Assembly (NCBI GenBank): GCA_018398765.1
Contig: JAHBMJ010000386.1
Coordinates: forward strand, 1 to 49,639
Direction: 5' to 3'
Length of the DNA: 49,639 bases
Origin: Chromera velia
Lineage: Eukaryota
Program-made: the position numbers and the translations under genes
Shown here: piece by piece, positions 36,274 through 48,351 of the stretch
Layout: each line of letters starts with the position of its first letter
Position numbering within the stretch: position 1 is the stretch's first letter
The notes under the pieces: model-generated
The model's input: only the letters and a program-made list of their open reading frames with translations
The model's database searches: none
What the model was told of the DNA's origin: nothing

Positions 36274-39200
36274 CTGCTTGCGCCTTATACTTTTCTGTAT
36301 AGTCTAAGGGTCCCGCTAGAAGCCTCGAACGTAGGATTTACGCCTTGGCGGAGGGTGACTCCGACAAGTCGTGAAGGCGGTTCCGGTTGTAAAGTTGCTC
36401 TACACTTGCTGATACTCTGCATAGAGCTAGTCACTTTTTACGTCCGGCCGCCTACGGAGATCCCACGCGGCTCCCACTCCGCATCTTTTGGAATCTCCGG
36501 TTCATACTTCTCTGCCCGCTAACGTTAAACGTCACCTTTCACAACCAGGACGGAATAGTCCTTCCCTGAGTACCAGGTTCACTACCCGAGTGATTGTTCT
36601 TATCAGGTGTGCGATTCAAAGAGCGTATGTCAGATGCGGTGGGAGGGTGGGTTCCGTTTTGGTTTTCGAAACTGTTATTCCAGATTCAATCCCTTAAGTC
36701 TTTATTTCCTTCTTACTTATTCCGATAGTGAATTTTCTATTTTGATTTAATCTTTTTTTGACTACGCGCAGCGCTGCCGTTTGAACGCGCAGCATCCGGT
36801 CCAAGTATTCCCTTTGTTTTTCATTCAAACTCTAGCTTGTCACTGCTTGTGCCTTATACTTTTCTGTATAGTCTAAGGGTCCCGCTAGAAGCCTCGAACG
36901 TAGGATTTACGCCTTGGCGGAGGGTGACTCCGACAAGTCGTGAAGGCGGTTCCGGTTGTAAAGTTGCTCTACACTTGCTGATACTCTGCATAGAGCTGGT
37001 CACTTTTTACGTCCGGCCGCCTACGGAGATCCCACGCGGCTCCCAATCTGAAGCGGGTCCCCAATCTGTAATACATAAAACAGTGGCGTGCTTATAGGCA
37101 TTTATAAAGGGCTCTTGGCGCTTTATTTGAATTGCATACTATAAGCTGGCTCTGTTTGTGTGTAGTACATCTATGGTCTCTGCATGGAGGTATTTACAAG
37201 TATGCGGTACGTTTGCTTGTGTCACATATACTAAAATAGATAGATCAAACCTATCTAGGCTGGTCAAGAAGGTTTGATGCGTTTAAGCGCTTTCTGTCGA
37301 AGCTACTTATAAGACATTTGGCTATTAGTGCGACTACATTTGGCACTTTGGCAGGAAACTACTAACTAGTCCTCCGGACCTAATACATGGATCGATTTCA
37401 CCAGAGACTTCAATCTTTGCTCAGTTCGCTGAGATCTGTACATATCGAACAGTGATGAACACCGTAAATTGTTATAATAAAACAGTCACGATCAGTTCGC
37501 ATTAATAAATCAATCTGATAATCAATCAATCAATTGATTTTAAATTCCAGTGATTACAACTTTAGACTTTAGTATAGTCTAATTTCACTTTAAATTAAAT
37601 ATCTAATTTATTTAGAGTAAGTTTAACTATATGCTTAGCTTGTATAATTGTTTGAGTTTATTTTAATTCTCATTCTTTTAATTTCTTTAGAATCTGGTAA
37701 TAAATTCAAGAATATTCAAGAAGGATGAGGAAACACACTCTGTGTGTCAGGTTTTGCGATATGCAAGTTCTTGACTGGCTTTATATGTTCATCGGTCCCG
37801 GTTTGGCTGCAGCCTCGCGTAGCCAATAGTAGCAAACCATTTGTTTCTCGTCTCATGTTTGCTATGTTTCTCTCTGGTTTTCCATTCTTTTTCTCTCTGT
37901 ATGTGTGTAAAAGTATGTTTCCTCCAGTTTGTCTATCTTTTTCTCTTCTTTTCTCATCCTGTTTTCAGACAGAACCAGAGAACGAAGGTGGATAATAGAG
38001 AGACCGATCGATCATCTCTAACGCACATCCCTCCGGGAAGTCCGCTTTCTTATAATTTCTTTTTCGTCTGTCTAGTCAGGCTCAGTTCGCAGCATCATGC
38101 AGAAAGTTAATCTGCGTGTTATTCATGAACGCACACAACACGCAGCATTTGTCAATGATTGCTGACGATCTCTTGTCGTTGCGCGCTCGTTTCCAAATCT
38201 TCTTTCAATTGCCCTCTTCACAACCCAGACACACACAGGGAGAGGCAGCAAATTTTGAATGAAGCAAAAGGCAAAAATTGAATAAATAATACATATGCTG
38301 AGCAGCTCTTCAACCCATCCCTTCCTTTTGAGTCGGCGCCCCGGCGATTTGTATCGCGAGCCAGACAAATTGACCCAACTGGGAACTCTGTACACCGTAT
38401 GCTGGTGGAGCGCATCTCCGATCGACGTCCGCACAGCACGTCCATTCAATCACTCTTCCATTCATTCATTGACTCATTCATTCATTCCTTCATTCATTCA
38501 TTCATTCATTCACTTTTTCGTCCATCCATTCATTCCATCCTCCAGTCATTCGTATATTCACTTGTCCATTCAATCTTTTCTTATGAATTCATTCGTTTGA
38601 TCATTGACAAAACGGTTGAGAAGGGGGACGTTGGATCGATGGAACAGAAAAGAATCATGGGAGTTAGACATGTTCCTGCCCTGGTCTCCAGGGGAGCTGT
38701 CTCAGCCTGCTCTGTCAGGCTTCCCATTCATTCCTTCTCTCTCCCCCTTCCTTGCTTGCATGTCAGGTAGAAAGGAGCAGGGGGTAGCGACACAGGAAGA
38801 GAGGGAACATGGCAGGTGAATCAGATCGACACACAGCGTTTGAGGAGGATCAGAAAGAGATGCAGAAAGGGACAGAGAGATCTTTTGGGCCTACTTGTTT
38901 GGCGCTCAAATCCCGGCCTCCGTCCCTTCTGTCTTCCTCCTCCCCTGACCTGGCGTCACCCCAACACCCCCTTCTTTCCCTTTCCTTGCACCACGCTGCA
39001 CTGGACCCTTTTCTCACCCGTGCATCCCTCCCCCGTTCGGAGGGGCTCTCAAGTCAGTGTCGCCCCTCGCAGCAGAGACTTTCCCCCCCTCTTGACCATG
39101 CAGGGAGGGCGCGACCAACGCTCTCCGGATACTCTGTGCGGTGGCGTGCACTGCCTTGCAGATGTGTCCGTTCGCCTTGTGGCGAAGGGGCGGGTCCATG

Positions 39201-41716
39201 CTTTGACACACAGGCTGCGTACACAGTAGGGGCATGTCATCCTTTGGACACTGGGCAGTCGAGTGCTTATCTTCCAGGGCTCTGGGCAGGTTGAACTTTA
39301 GTGCGTGATTATCACACCAGAGACACCAGAGCGTGGGTCGTCTGCTGCTGCTGCTGGCTCCGAAGTCGTGTTGCACCCCTCTGCTTCCTCCTGCCTGCCT
39401 GTCCTTTTGACCCCCTTTCTCTGTGCCTGCTTGTGAAGGAGGCGGCAAAGCGGGATAGGCTGAGGGGGTTTTCCCTCCCTTGATGTACTCTGAGACCATG
39501 TCGGCAAGGGAAAAGAGGGCGATGTGCAACATATCGGGAGAGAACTGCACAGAGGCGGCACCCAGCTTCCCCCTTGCGAGAGGTTTCATGCTGTCTGCTA
39601 CTGCTGAGCGGACGAGAATCGAGGAGGCTGAGCGACTGTCGTTGATTCGCAAATCTGCTGCCTCATAGGCAGTGAGACGGCGGAGCACGAGAGAAAGGTT
39701 TCTCACGTCTTCGGCTGCTTTGCGCATCGCTGTCACTGCGAGCTCTCTCTCTGCCTTCATCACCGCCTCTCTGTGGTCTCGGTGGGCCTGCTTCAGGGAT
39801 TCGACTGCATCTGCCAGCGCTTTTCTCAACACCCTCACCCACCACTCAATCTTCGGAGGGTCAATGTCGGGTAGGGGAACCTGGTGTCGTGCTGCTACTT
39901 TTTGGGGAGTTCCGTCTTCGATGAACCGCTTGGCTTGGTGCTGTGTGATGTCCTCTTCGAAGGGATCGGGGAGCTCTGATGCTTTCAGAGCGACAATGTC
40001 GGGGTGACACGTGCCCTTCTTTGCTGGGGGCTTCGTGAGGATCGCCCCGACTGCTGGCACACCCAAGACTACGTAGGGAACGATGGCTCTCAGTTCTCCT
40101 GCTTCTGCTGCTATGGCTTTGTTGAGCTCTGTGCTCTCCTGGGGGGGAATCACCGGAATGGGGTCATCTTCATTATCCTCGTATTCGTCTTCTTCTCCGC
40201 ACAGAGTTTGGAACACCTGGACGGCATTCTGTTTGCTCATACCCTGTGTCCATTCAGGCAGCTGGCCAGCCTGGACCCCCGAGGCATGTCTCTTCGCTCT
40301 TCCCCCCTCTTCGTTGGGGACAGGTGCGCGGAAACGCTTCAGTGGGCCTTTGGGCAGTGGCTGCTGCTGTGTGGGATCGTCGTGGGGGGAGGCTCGTGGA
40401 TGCCTCCTCCGAGGAGCCCCGTATCGTTCACTTGGACTTCGCCGTCAGCGTTGACGGCTGCTGCTGCTGCTCCCGACTGTCCTTTCTTTGTCTCTTTCAT
40501 GTCCTCCTTCAATTTTAGAAGTTGGGGCAGGAAGGCAACCATTGCATTCCCCTTCTTAGAACGGAGGACCTTCCCTGCTGCTTTGTCCTTCTTCTCTGCT
40601 GCTTTTGTCAAGAAACCCCAGAAGGCAGCTTCCTCTGGGGACTCTTCGTCTCCTCCATCCTCCCCTCCCTCGTCTGACTCTTCTTCGTTCATTGCCTCCT
40701 GTTCTTTCTCCGCAGCTTCGAGCTGCTCCTTCAATTTCTTCACCTTGGCTGCAGCCGCTTTGGCTTGCGCAGCGGTTGTCGTCTTTTTCTTCTGCTCAGC
40801 TGGTGGGGTTGGTGCGGCTTTGGGGGCACTCTCCCCCGCCTTCTTCTTGATGGCCTTCTGCTTTGGGACCATGGCGTTCCAATGCGTCCCAGACCTGTTT
40901 GTGGAGGAACAAGCAAAGGGGAAGAGAATTGGAGTGCAGGACTTAACGTTTCTATGCTAAGGAGAATTTTTGAGGTGACAATGTTGCCTCTTTTGATTTG
41001 TTTCTGCTGTGCTCTCTGAGCAACCGCTTCTGTCTCTTTTCGTATCCGTCTCGTTCTGGCGGTTGTTTCGCTATTCATGGTCTTATCTTGACCAACTTTT
41101 GTTCTTTCGAAGCTTGCCGACCTGTGTCTGTCTCTGTCTTTCAGAATGCGTCCCGCCGTCCCGGCAGATCGGCCTCCTCTGTCGTCTCTGTGCGCTGCGC
41201 TCAGAAAGAAGAAGACGAGGGCAGTGAGATTTTTGCGCTCAGGAGGTGGCTGGATCTGATGTCAATTTCTCTACTGGGTGGCGCTTGGCGCACCTGAGTG
41301 GATTACTGACCGTCAGCTCGGCTCTGCTGAAGTGACTTATGCTCTGCACAAGGTCTCTTTTTTTATGAGTGGAGGAGATTGGGATCTTCCCAAATCGACT
41401 CAGGGAGGGGTCGTCTCGACCTCAGTATCTCAATTTTTTGACAAAAACATGTGCAGGCTAGTGTGCAGGTCACCTGCCGTCTGAGGATCCGTCAACCATC
41501 TTGGCTTCAGAGATCAATTAATCGAGCCTCACCGAAACAGATCTTCCGTTTCGGTTTTCGAAACTGTCATTCCAGATTCAATCCCTTCAGTCTTTATTTC
41601 CTTCTTACTTATTCCGATAGTGAATTTTCTATTTTGATTTGATCTTTTCTTGACCGCGCGCAGCGCTGCCGTTTGAACGCGCAGCATCCGGTCCAAGTAT
41701 TCCCTTTGCTTTTCAT
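36274..41716 (-). mobile_element. Putative non-autonomous tyrosine-recombinase-class (Ngaro/PAT-like) retroelement with split direct repeats
   Basis: Repeat A (173 bp) is at 41544-41716 and 36652-36824; repeat B (203 bp) is at 36843-37045 and 36274-36476. Minus-strand order is A1-ORF-B1-A2-(spacer)-B2. Gag-like ORF inside; no RT/RH/YR motifs seen. Confidence 0.75.
39014..40872 (-). CDS. Gag-like protein of about 620 aa with one frameshift near 40340-40440
   Basis: The Lys/Ala/Glu-rich coiled N-terminus (40872-40339) overlaps a second frame that is open from about 40443 to 39014. Helical core, then two Cys/His knuckles: WCLWCDNH...KHSTAQC and LCTQPVC...RHKANGHIC. Confidence 0.6.
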
Positions 41717-42404
41717 GCATGCAGCATCCTCACCAAATGCCAAATATCCTCGCCAACAGTGACCACCAGATTACCAGTAACCTGCCCGGTACCTGGCCCA
41801 AAGTAACGCAAAGTTTCCGAAGTTTCCTCTGTTTGTACCTGCTTCTCTTCCTCTAATCCGTTTGTCAACTAGGAGATCAGCAAGACTTGCAGTGTGTGTC
41901 TGTTTGAAGCAGAGATTGCCAGGTCGCAATCGTTGCTCCAACCTTTTTCTGATCTGTGGAGAACTGGATTTAGTCTGACGCACAGGTGTCTAGATAGTGT
42001 CAACATTCAGCGTTGCCACAATCTCGGCCCCGACTGAGTCATTCTCTCGATTGCCGCGACCCACGCACACGAGAGCCCGACTGCTCCACAAGAACTGCAG
42101 AGGAGACGGAAAGGAGACGGAAGAAATTGGGAAGGGAGAAAGCGATTGAAAAAAGCAAGCCGGAAGAAGACGTCGGGAGGCCTTCTCTCTTCTCCATTGC
42201 TCTCCTTTGCCCTGCCTACGAATCTGACCAGGCCGAGTTGTTGGTGACAGCCACGGTGCGCCTGGTCTCTGTTTATACATCTACTCCAAGAAGAAGTGGT
42301 CGATCGATCTGTCAGATACTGTTCCCTGGCTATCTCCTGGAGACAGCTGGGCGTTCCAATTTTGATATCCTGACAAGTTGAGACAGCAGAAAGAAAAAGA
42401 CAAA

Positions 42405-43578
42405 ATGTCTTCTGCTGGTGTGGGTGCGGACAGAGACTATGACTATCTGTTCAAGATTGTGCTCATCGGCGACTCCGGAGTTGGAAAATCGAATCTGCTT
42501 CTGAGGTCGGTGTGCAGTTTGATTGTGCTCGTCTACCCTTTCCTGCTTGACCGTCTCCGTCCCTGCGTATTTTTTCGATATGTCGGCCTACGTGTGTGCC
42601 GGTTTGTCTCTGTCTGTTTGGGTCCGCGTGTTTTCTTTCGATCCATTTTCTATCCGCCCATCCGTCCGTCCGACCAACTGTTTCCCTTTTTCTCACCATT
42701 CCGTGTTGTCTTATGTGCGTCTATCCCCTTTGCAGTTCCGCTTGCGGTGTTTATCCCCACTGTGTTTTCTCCTTGTGTGGCTTCCTAACTTTTCCCTCTC
42801 CCTCTCTCGTCTTGTTCTTGTTTTCCTGCCAGAAACTGTCATGTGACGTGCCCCGCGCACGTTTGTATTTATTCGTTGCGGGGACGAAATCTCTTTTTTT
42901 TCTACGCAGGTTTGCGGACGACCAATTCACGGAGAGCTACATCTCGACTATCGGCGTTGATTTTCGGTTTCGCACTGTGCAGGTGCGTCGAAGGAGGGAG
43001 GACTCTCGTTTCGTTGCGGCTGTCCGTGTGTATCAGTTGTTTGGAGGTTCTGTATGCGTGTGTTTGTCTTTTGTTGCCTGCACATGTGTTTCACGTGTGT
43101 GTAACGTAGTTCAGCGGAAGGATTCATATCTTGGAACCATTCTCTCTCTTCCTCGCGCGTGCAGGTAGATGGCAAGATAGTGAAGCTGCAGATTTGGGAC
43201 ACAGCGGGGCAGGAGAGATTTCGCACAATTACCAGCGCTTACTACCGAGGCGTGGATGGGCTGATGGTTGTGTATGACGTCACAGACAGGAACTCATTCG
43301 GACACCTGGGAGACTGGTTGGAGGAGGCTCAGAGGTGTGTGTCTTACCCAGATAGCTGTTTCTTTCTGGCTTTTCTGTCTGCCCTTGTTTCTAGAAGTCA
43401 CATCTTCTTTTTGAAAGGGAAAAGGAAAGAAAAGAGAAAAATAAGTCATGCTGTTTGTGTCTTTCTTTCTTTCTTTCTTTCTTTCGTTCGTCCGTTCGTT
43501 CGTTCTTTCTTTCGTTCGTTCTTTCTTTCGTTCGTTCGTTTGTTCGTTTCTTTTTTTTTTTTCTTTCTTTCTTTCTTT

Positions 43579-43613
<35 letters not shown>

Positions 43614-43630
43614 GTCTGTCTGTCTGTCTG

Positions 43631-43678
<48 letters not shown>

Positions 43679-43697
43679 TGTCCTTTCTTTCTTTGTC

Positions 43698-43738
<41 letters not shown>

Positions 43739-43789
43739 TTCCTTCCTTCCTTTCTTTCTTTCTTTTCTTTCTTTCTTTCTTTCTTTCCT

Positions 43790-43823
<34 letters not shown>

Positions 43824-44421
43824 TGGCTTGCTGAGGCCTTTATTCTTTTTCTGCATGATCCAGCTCAGGCGGGTACTGAGGTAAGTGCATTGACCAGTGG
43901 GGGCTGCGTGGGGGAAAAGGGGGTTTGCCGTACCTCGTTGCGATGCAAAGAGTATTCCGGTTTTCATTTCTCCGTGTATCCTCGTACCGCACCCCCCAAT
44001 ACGTGCCGTAATCCGATGCTGGCAGCATGTTGCGATCTCTATCTGGCGACATGGTGACAAAGAAAGGTGTTTTTTTTTACCTTCCATGTGTGGATGCAGA
44101 TACGCACCCCCTGAAGTTATCCGGTTGGTACTCGGCAACAAATGCGACCTGCAGGAGGGTCGGGATGTCGGGTTTGAGGAGGCACAGCAGCGGGCGGAGG
44201 ACCTGGGTTTGGGGTTCTTGGAGACGTCGGCGAAGAGTGCCGAGAACGTGGAGGCCGCGTTCCTGCAGATCAGCAGGGAACTGATCAAAGTCAGGGGAGA
44301 GGACGAGAAGAGGAAAGGAAGCGTCGGGGGGGCAGGGCCGATGGGTGGGGGAGGACGGCAACTTGGCTCAATGGGGGGTCGGGGGGGTCAAGGGGCAGGT
44401 TCTGGCTGTGCATGCGGGTAG
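42405..44421 (+). CDS. RAB1A: Rab1-family small GTPase, SAR/alveolate Rab1A type, 221 aa. Exons 42405-42505, 42910-42982, 43165-43334, 44100-44421
   Basis: [64 protein letters not shown] and C-terminal CACG prenylation signal. GT-AG introns with consistent phases. Confidence 0.93.
43460..43822. repeat. (TTTC)n intronic microsatellite
   Basis: Visible in Rab intron 3. Confidence 0.95.
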
Positions 44422-45983
44422 GCACGCACATGCAACTGGGGAGACAGTCAACCAGCAGGCAGGCAGGCAGGCAGCTGAGAACAAACGATCGAATGGGTGT
44501 CCTTCTCCTTCTCCCACCGCACAGTGCAGTCTCCTGGGTCCGTGGGTTCGTTCATCGCACGCTCGGCGTTGCTCGCACCTTTTCCCGATACATAGCGACT
44601 TTTGAATGGTCTCTAGTGGGACATTTCGACGGCGAACGGGGAGCATGTATATTCTCATTAAAATTTTAAAAATGAATCACAGAAAAGTGCGGGGTACGGG
44701 CAGACAACTACGCAGAAAAAGAAGACATGTTCGATCTGGCAATGACCCGATGGGGGATGCAACGTTACTCTTCTTCCTCCTTTGCCGTACCTCCCTCCCG
44801 AGCTCTCTTCCCTATGTCTTGCTTTGTTGCCTTCCGCATATGCAGGATTTGACGGAAGACTAAATAGATGAAATGCATGCACGTCACTGATTGAAGGAAA
44901 GAATGATAGAATGAATATGAACCACAGATAGTATTATTTTTTCGGCTAGTATTTCTTCAAAAGTTTGATTACTGTTGATTTATAAATTTGAATATCAGCT
45001 TAGGTAGCACTATGCTATTCCAGCCTAAAAACAAGTGGACTAGCAAGTGGAAGCACGTTAAGTTATCGTCAATGACGTTATACTTCATTGTACTTATGAT
45101 TTGTAGCTTATTTAATTTACTAGGCTCTGTACTACATTCAAAAAAAAGAAAAGATCAGAAAACTTTTTTTATATAAGTTTTTTTAAAACCCATTATCACG
45201 GCTGAGTGACGGCTCTTGGATATTTGAGCACCACTCAAAATTGGACAATTAATCCAAAACTTCACCTGAAGTACCTGTAAGTACCTGAATACTTTCGTAA
45301 ACACTTAATCAACTTCGTATGCACCCTATGCAAAACTAATTGACAGAACGCGGCCATAACGTGTTTTTGAATGCCCCAAAAATTAGCTTCGCAGCCCGGA
45401 TTGCATGACAAACTGCAGCTATAACTGCAGCCCTGTGTAGCCCTAGCTGCGAGAATGTTAAGGAGCCGTAGGGAAACTAGGCAGGTATAGGCATGTGAAA
45501 ATGAATGCATGAAAAGAAAAAAGGCATGTTAACAAATTCTTTTCCGTGAGTGCCCCAAAAAAGACCGTCGCACGGCGCGCTGTCAGAATGGCCCTGATGC
45601 TATAGGCCCTGATGCCAGTTGCAACTACGAAATCTCGCCGTCTCCTGACTCTCCTCCTTGAGCTGGTCATGACGAGTCCTCGTCTGATCTCGCGTCACAG
45701 AGTAGCGTGGAACATCGTCGAACCGTTGGAACGTAATAATTCTGGGAGTCTCTCAGTCACTCAGTGCCAGAGCCTGCAGCAGTGTGCAAGTGCAGTCAGA
45801 GCATCTACGCACATGCATGGAGCCTTGTGCAGTGTCTTTTCTCTTTTAATTCGGGGGCCTCTCTCAGTCACGTATTAATATATATGTAACTTGACTTCTT
45901 GTTCATTGAGTCTTGACTACTTTTGGCGGTACCTGCATCCACATATATCAAGCGCGAAAGACGATTCCTCGTTCCACGACATT

Positions 45984-46274
45984 ATGCTGAGAACTATAAC
46001 TTCCATTTTTGTAGCACTTGGTATCGCCCTGCTTGGTATCGCCCTGCTTGACATCTCGCCAAATACAGAAATTGAGATGACAGGCGCAATGCCGGATTGT
46101 GCAAAGTGGCGGTGTGAGCCCGTAGAAGGGAATTGCAGAAGCGCGGAGGAGTGTCTGTTGAAGTGCGGATGTGCGGTGAGGGAACCGCGCAGGGAGAGGG
46201 AGAGCGCAGAGGACGTGGACGGGGAGGGAACGACTAACCCCCTCAATGGTCAGTCAGTCGATCAGAGGAATTAA
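45984..46274 (+). CDS. Short signal-peptide/Cys-rich ORF; possible first exon of the downstream ankyrin gene
   Basis: MLRTITSIFVALGIALLGIALLD (hydrophobic, with a 15-bp duplication at 46017-46046), then CAKWRC...C...CLLKCGC. Splicing to downstream exons was not resolved. Confidence 0.4.
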   Translation: MLRTITSIFVALGIALLGIALLDISPNTEIEMTGAMPDCAKWRCEPVEGNCRSAEECLLKCGCAVREPRRERESAEDVDGEGTTNPLNGQSVDQRN

Positions 46275-47239
46275 GGTTCATGAAATTCACCCCAGAAGTT
46301 AAGCCAGTCAAGCTGTAGACGGATCTGCATGTCAGAAACATCGCGGGATCCCTTCCGTTCATGATGTGCGGTCCATTGTAGAGAGCTGGATAAGCTTCAA
46401 GCCGAATCTGTTCACATGTTCCATGCCGGTAATTTCCCCTCTCTGTTTCTCATGACCATCTGTTCAATTCACGAAGTTTGATTGAAGTTCTTGTACACAA
46501 ATGCAGTTGTTACAGAAAGAGCAAAAGAGAAGGCGCGGGAGAGAGAGGTAGAAGGACTGAAGCCTGAGAAGCCACGGGCTGACAGTGCGTCGAAGGCAAA
46601 GCCTCCTAGGGGGAATAACTCTATCCACGGTGCACAGGACATCTCGTTTATTCTACAGGTATGTTAGGTGCCTACATGCGGTGATCCTTCATCTGTGCCC
46701 GTCTACCTCTCCACCTGTTAACCAGAGTTCTGTTCTGTTCTGTTCTGTTCTGTGTGTTTGCTTAATTCAGAATGATGGAAGCGATGTTTAAGAATGGTTT
46801 GAAGTTGATTCGGATGGCAAAAGTTTCTTGCATGAACCGTACTACCTGCTTGATGCTTTTCTTCTGACGCCTGTGGGGACACACGGGTCTCTCTCTGTAG
46901 CTGCTGGCTGTTACAGTACTCGCTCGCTCTGTCTGGCTGTATGTTTTCGTATTTGCATGTATGTGTTTGTACCATGTATGAATTTGTGCCAGCCCCAATG
47001 GCCTTTCTTTCCTTCTGCTCGTTCTTTCTTCTCTTCCTTTCTCCCGTCCCTCCATCCTTGGTCTCAAATGTCTGGGGAAACGCGATTTTCTGACCATTGA
47101 CAAGCGGACGCTGACGACCTGCAATCCTCATTTGAGCCTTTTGAATTAATTCTTGTGTATGATGCAGCGAGTGCAGGGTCGAGGTCTGACAGTGAACAGT
47201 AATTTGAGGGGTGCACCGCCAAGCAGTCATCCCACGTGC

Positions 47240-48351
47240 GGGTCTTCAGGGAATTTCGTCGGGTTCTGGTACAGACTTCAGTGGCACGAGTTGGGCATAT
47301 TGTCCCTGCCTGGACACGTGCAGTGGCTCCGACTCTCCTACAAACATCGATACGATCTTGGAGGTCGTCTCAAGACGGGGGTGTGTCGACGGAGATTCAG
47401 AATCGAGTGAGTGTTCGTGCGTTGTTAGAGACGAAGACTCTTGTCAGACTGCGGGGGGGTCCCTTGTGAGGTTTCAGATCGCGCCCTTCGTGGAGTACTT
47501 TGTGTGGGTCCGACATGCTGAGTCGGGCCGAATCGGGGGGACGTTCATGCTCTCTGCGTCGATTCGTCCCTTTCCAGCACCCCCGCTCCTGAGCGTGGCA
47601 GTGATGCAGAAGAACGAAACGGCTGTTCTCGAATTTCTGCAGAGCGGTTTTCCCGTAGATGCGAGGGAGTCCATGCAGAGAACCAGTCTCCATTATGCGT
47701 TGGCACAACGCTGGAGTCGCCATCGTTCGCCTTCTCTTGAAAGGGGGGGCGTCAGTGAATGCTGTGGATGCTGAACAGTGGACAGTCCTTCTGTTGTCTT
47801 TGAACCACTATGCTTCAGTAGAGGTGGTAGAGACGCTTTTGAACGGGGGAGCGTCAGTAGATGCAGAGCTGCCGGGAGGGTGGACAGCTTTGCATGTAGC
47901 CACCAGGCAGAACGCGAGTGCGGAGGTGGTGCTCATGTTGATGGAGGCGGGTGCGGACGTGAACGGAAGAACGGATGAATTATGGACGCCCCTGCATTGT
48001 GCTACGTATTACAGGTCCTCTGCAGAAGTTGTACAGCTGCTCGTTCGAGCAGGAGCGTCTGTGAATGCAGCAACTCAGGAGCACTTCACCCCTCTCCGCA
48101 TCGCTGCTCTGCGCAACGCTACAGCCGAGGTTGTGCAGGTGCTGCAGCGAGCGGGCGGTTCTTCCGAGGCTTCTGGTGGGTCTGGGGGTGTGTTTGAGTG
48201 GACACCCCCGCGTGTTGCTACCTCCGCTGGAGGGACGTCGAAGGCCTCCCAGACAGCAGTGCAATTTGGAAGGCGGCAGTCAGACGCAGGGGGGGACCCG
48301 AAGGGGGGCAGAAACAACGGCACGCTGACAGCGAAGGGAGCCAGCGCGTAG
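47240..48351 (+). CDS. Cys-rich beta-type domain fused to about 5 ankyrin repeats; frameshift near 47700 (pseudogene or sequence error)
   Basis: Ankyrin repeats RTSLHYA/xHNAGVAIVRLLLKGGASVN, WTALHVA...AGADVNG, WTPLHCA...AGASVNA, FTPLRIAA. The preceding frame has LDTCSGS...DTILEV...DEDSC...YFVWV...GGTFML. Confidence 0.75.

Noticed and set aside
36525..36610. Hammerhead ribozyme (minus-strand CUGAUAAG...GAAA)
   Set aside because: The core is CUGAUAA rather than CUGANGA, the flanking CACCU/AGGUG pair with each other, and no stem III/UH site is evident. Kept only as a generic structured RNA.
36274..37045. B repeats as LTRs of a small TRIM element
   Set aside because: No TG...CA ends, PBS/PPT or TSD; the interleaved A repeat with its partner at 41544-41716 fits split direct repeats better.
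40004..40960. 318-aa plus-strand ORF
   Set aside because: Antisense shadow of the Lys/Ala/Glu-rich gag-like ORF.
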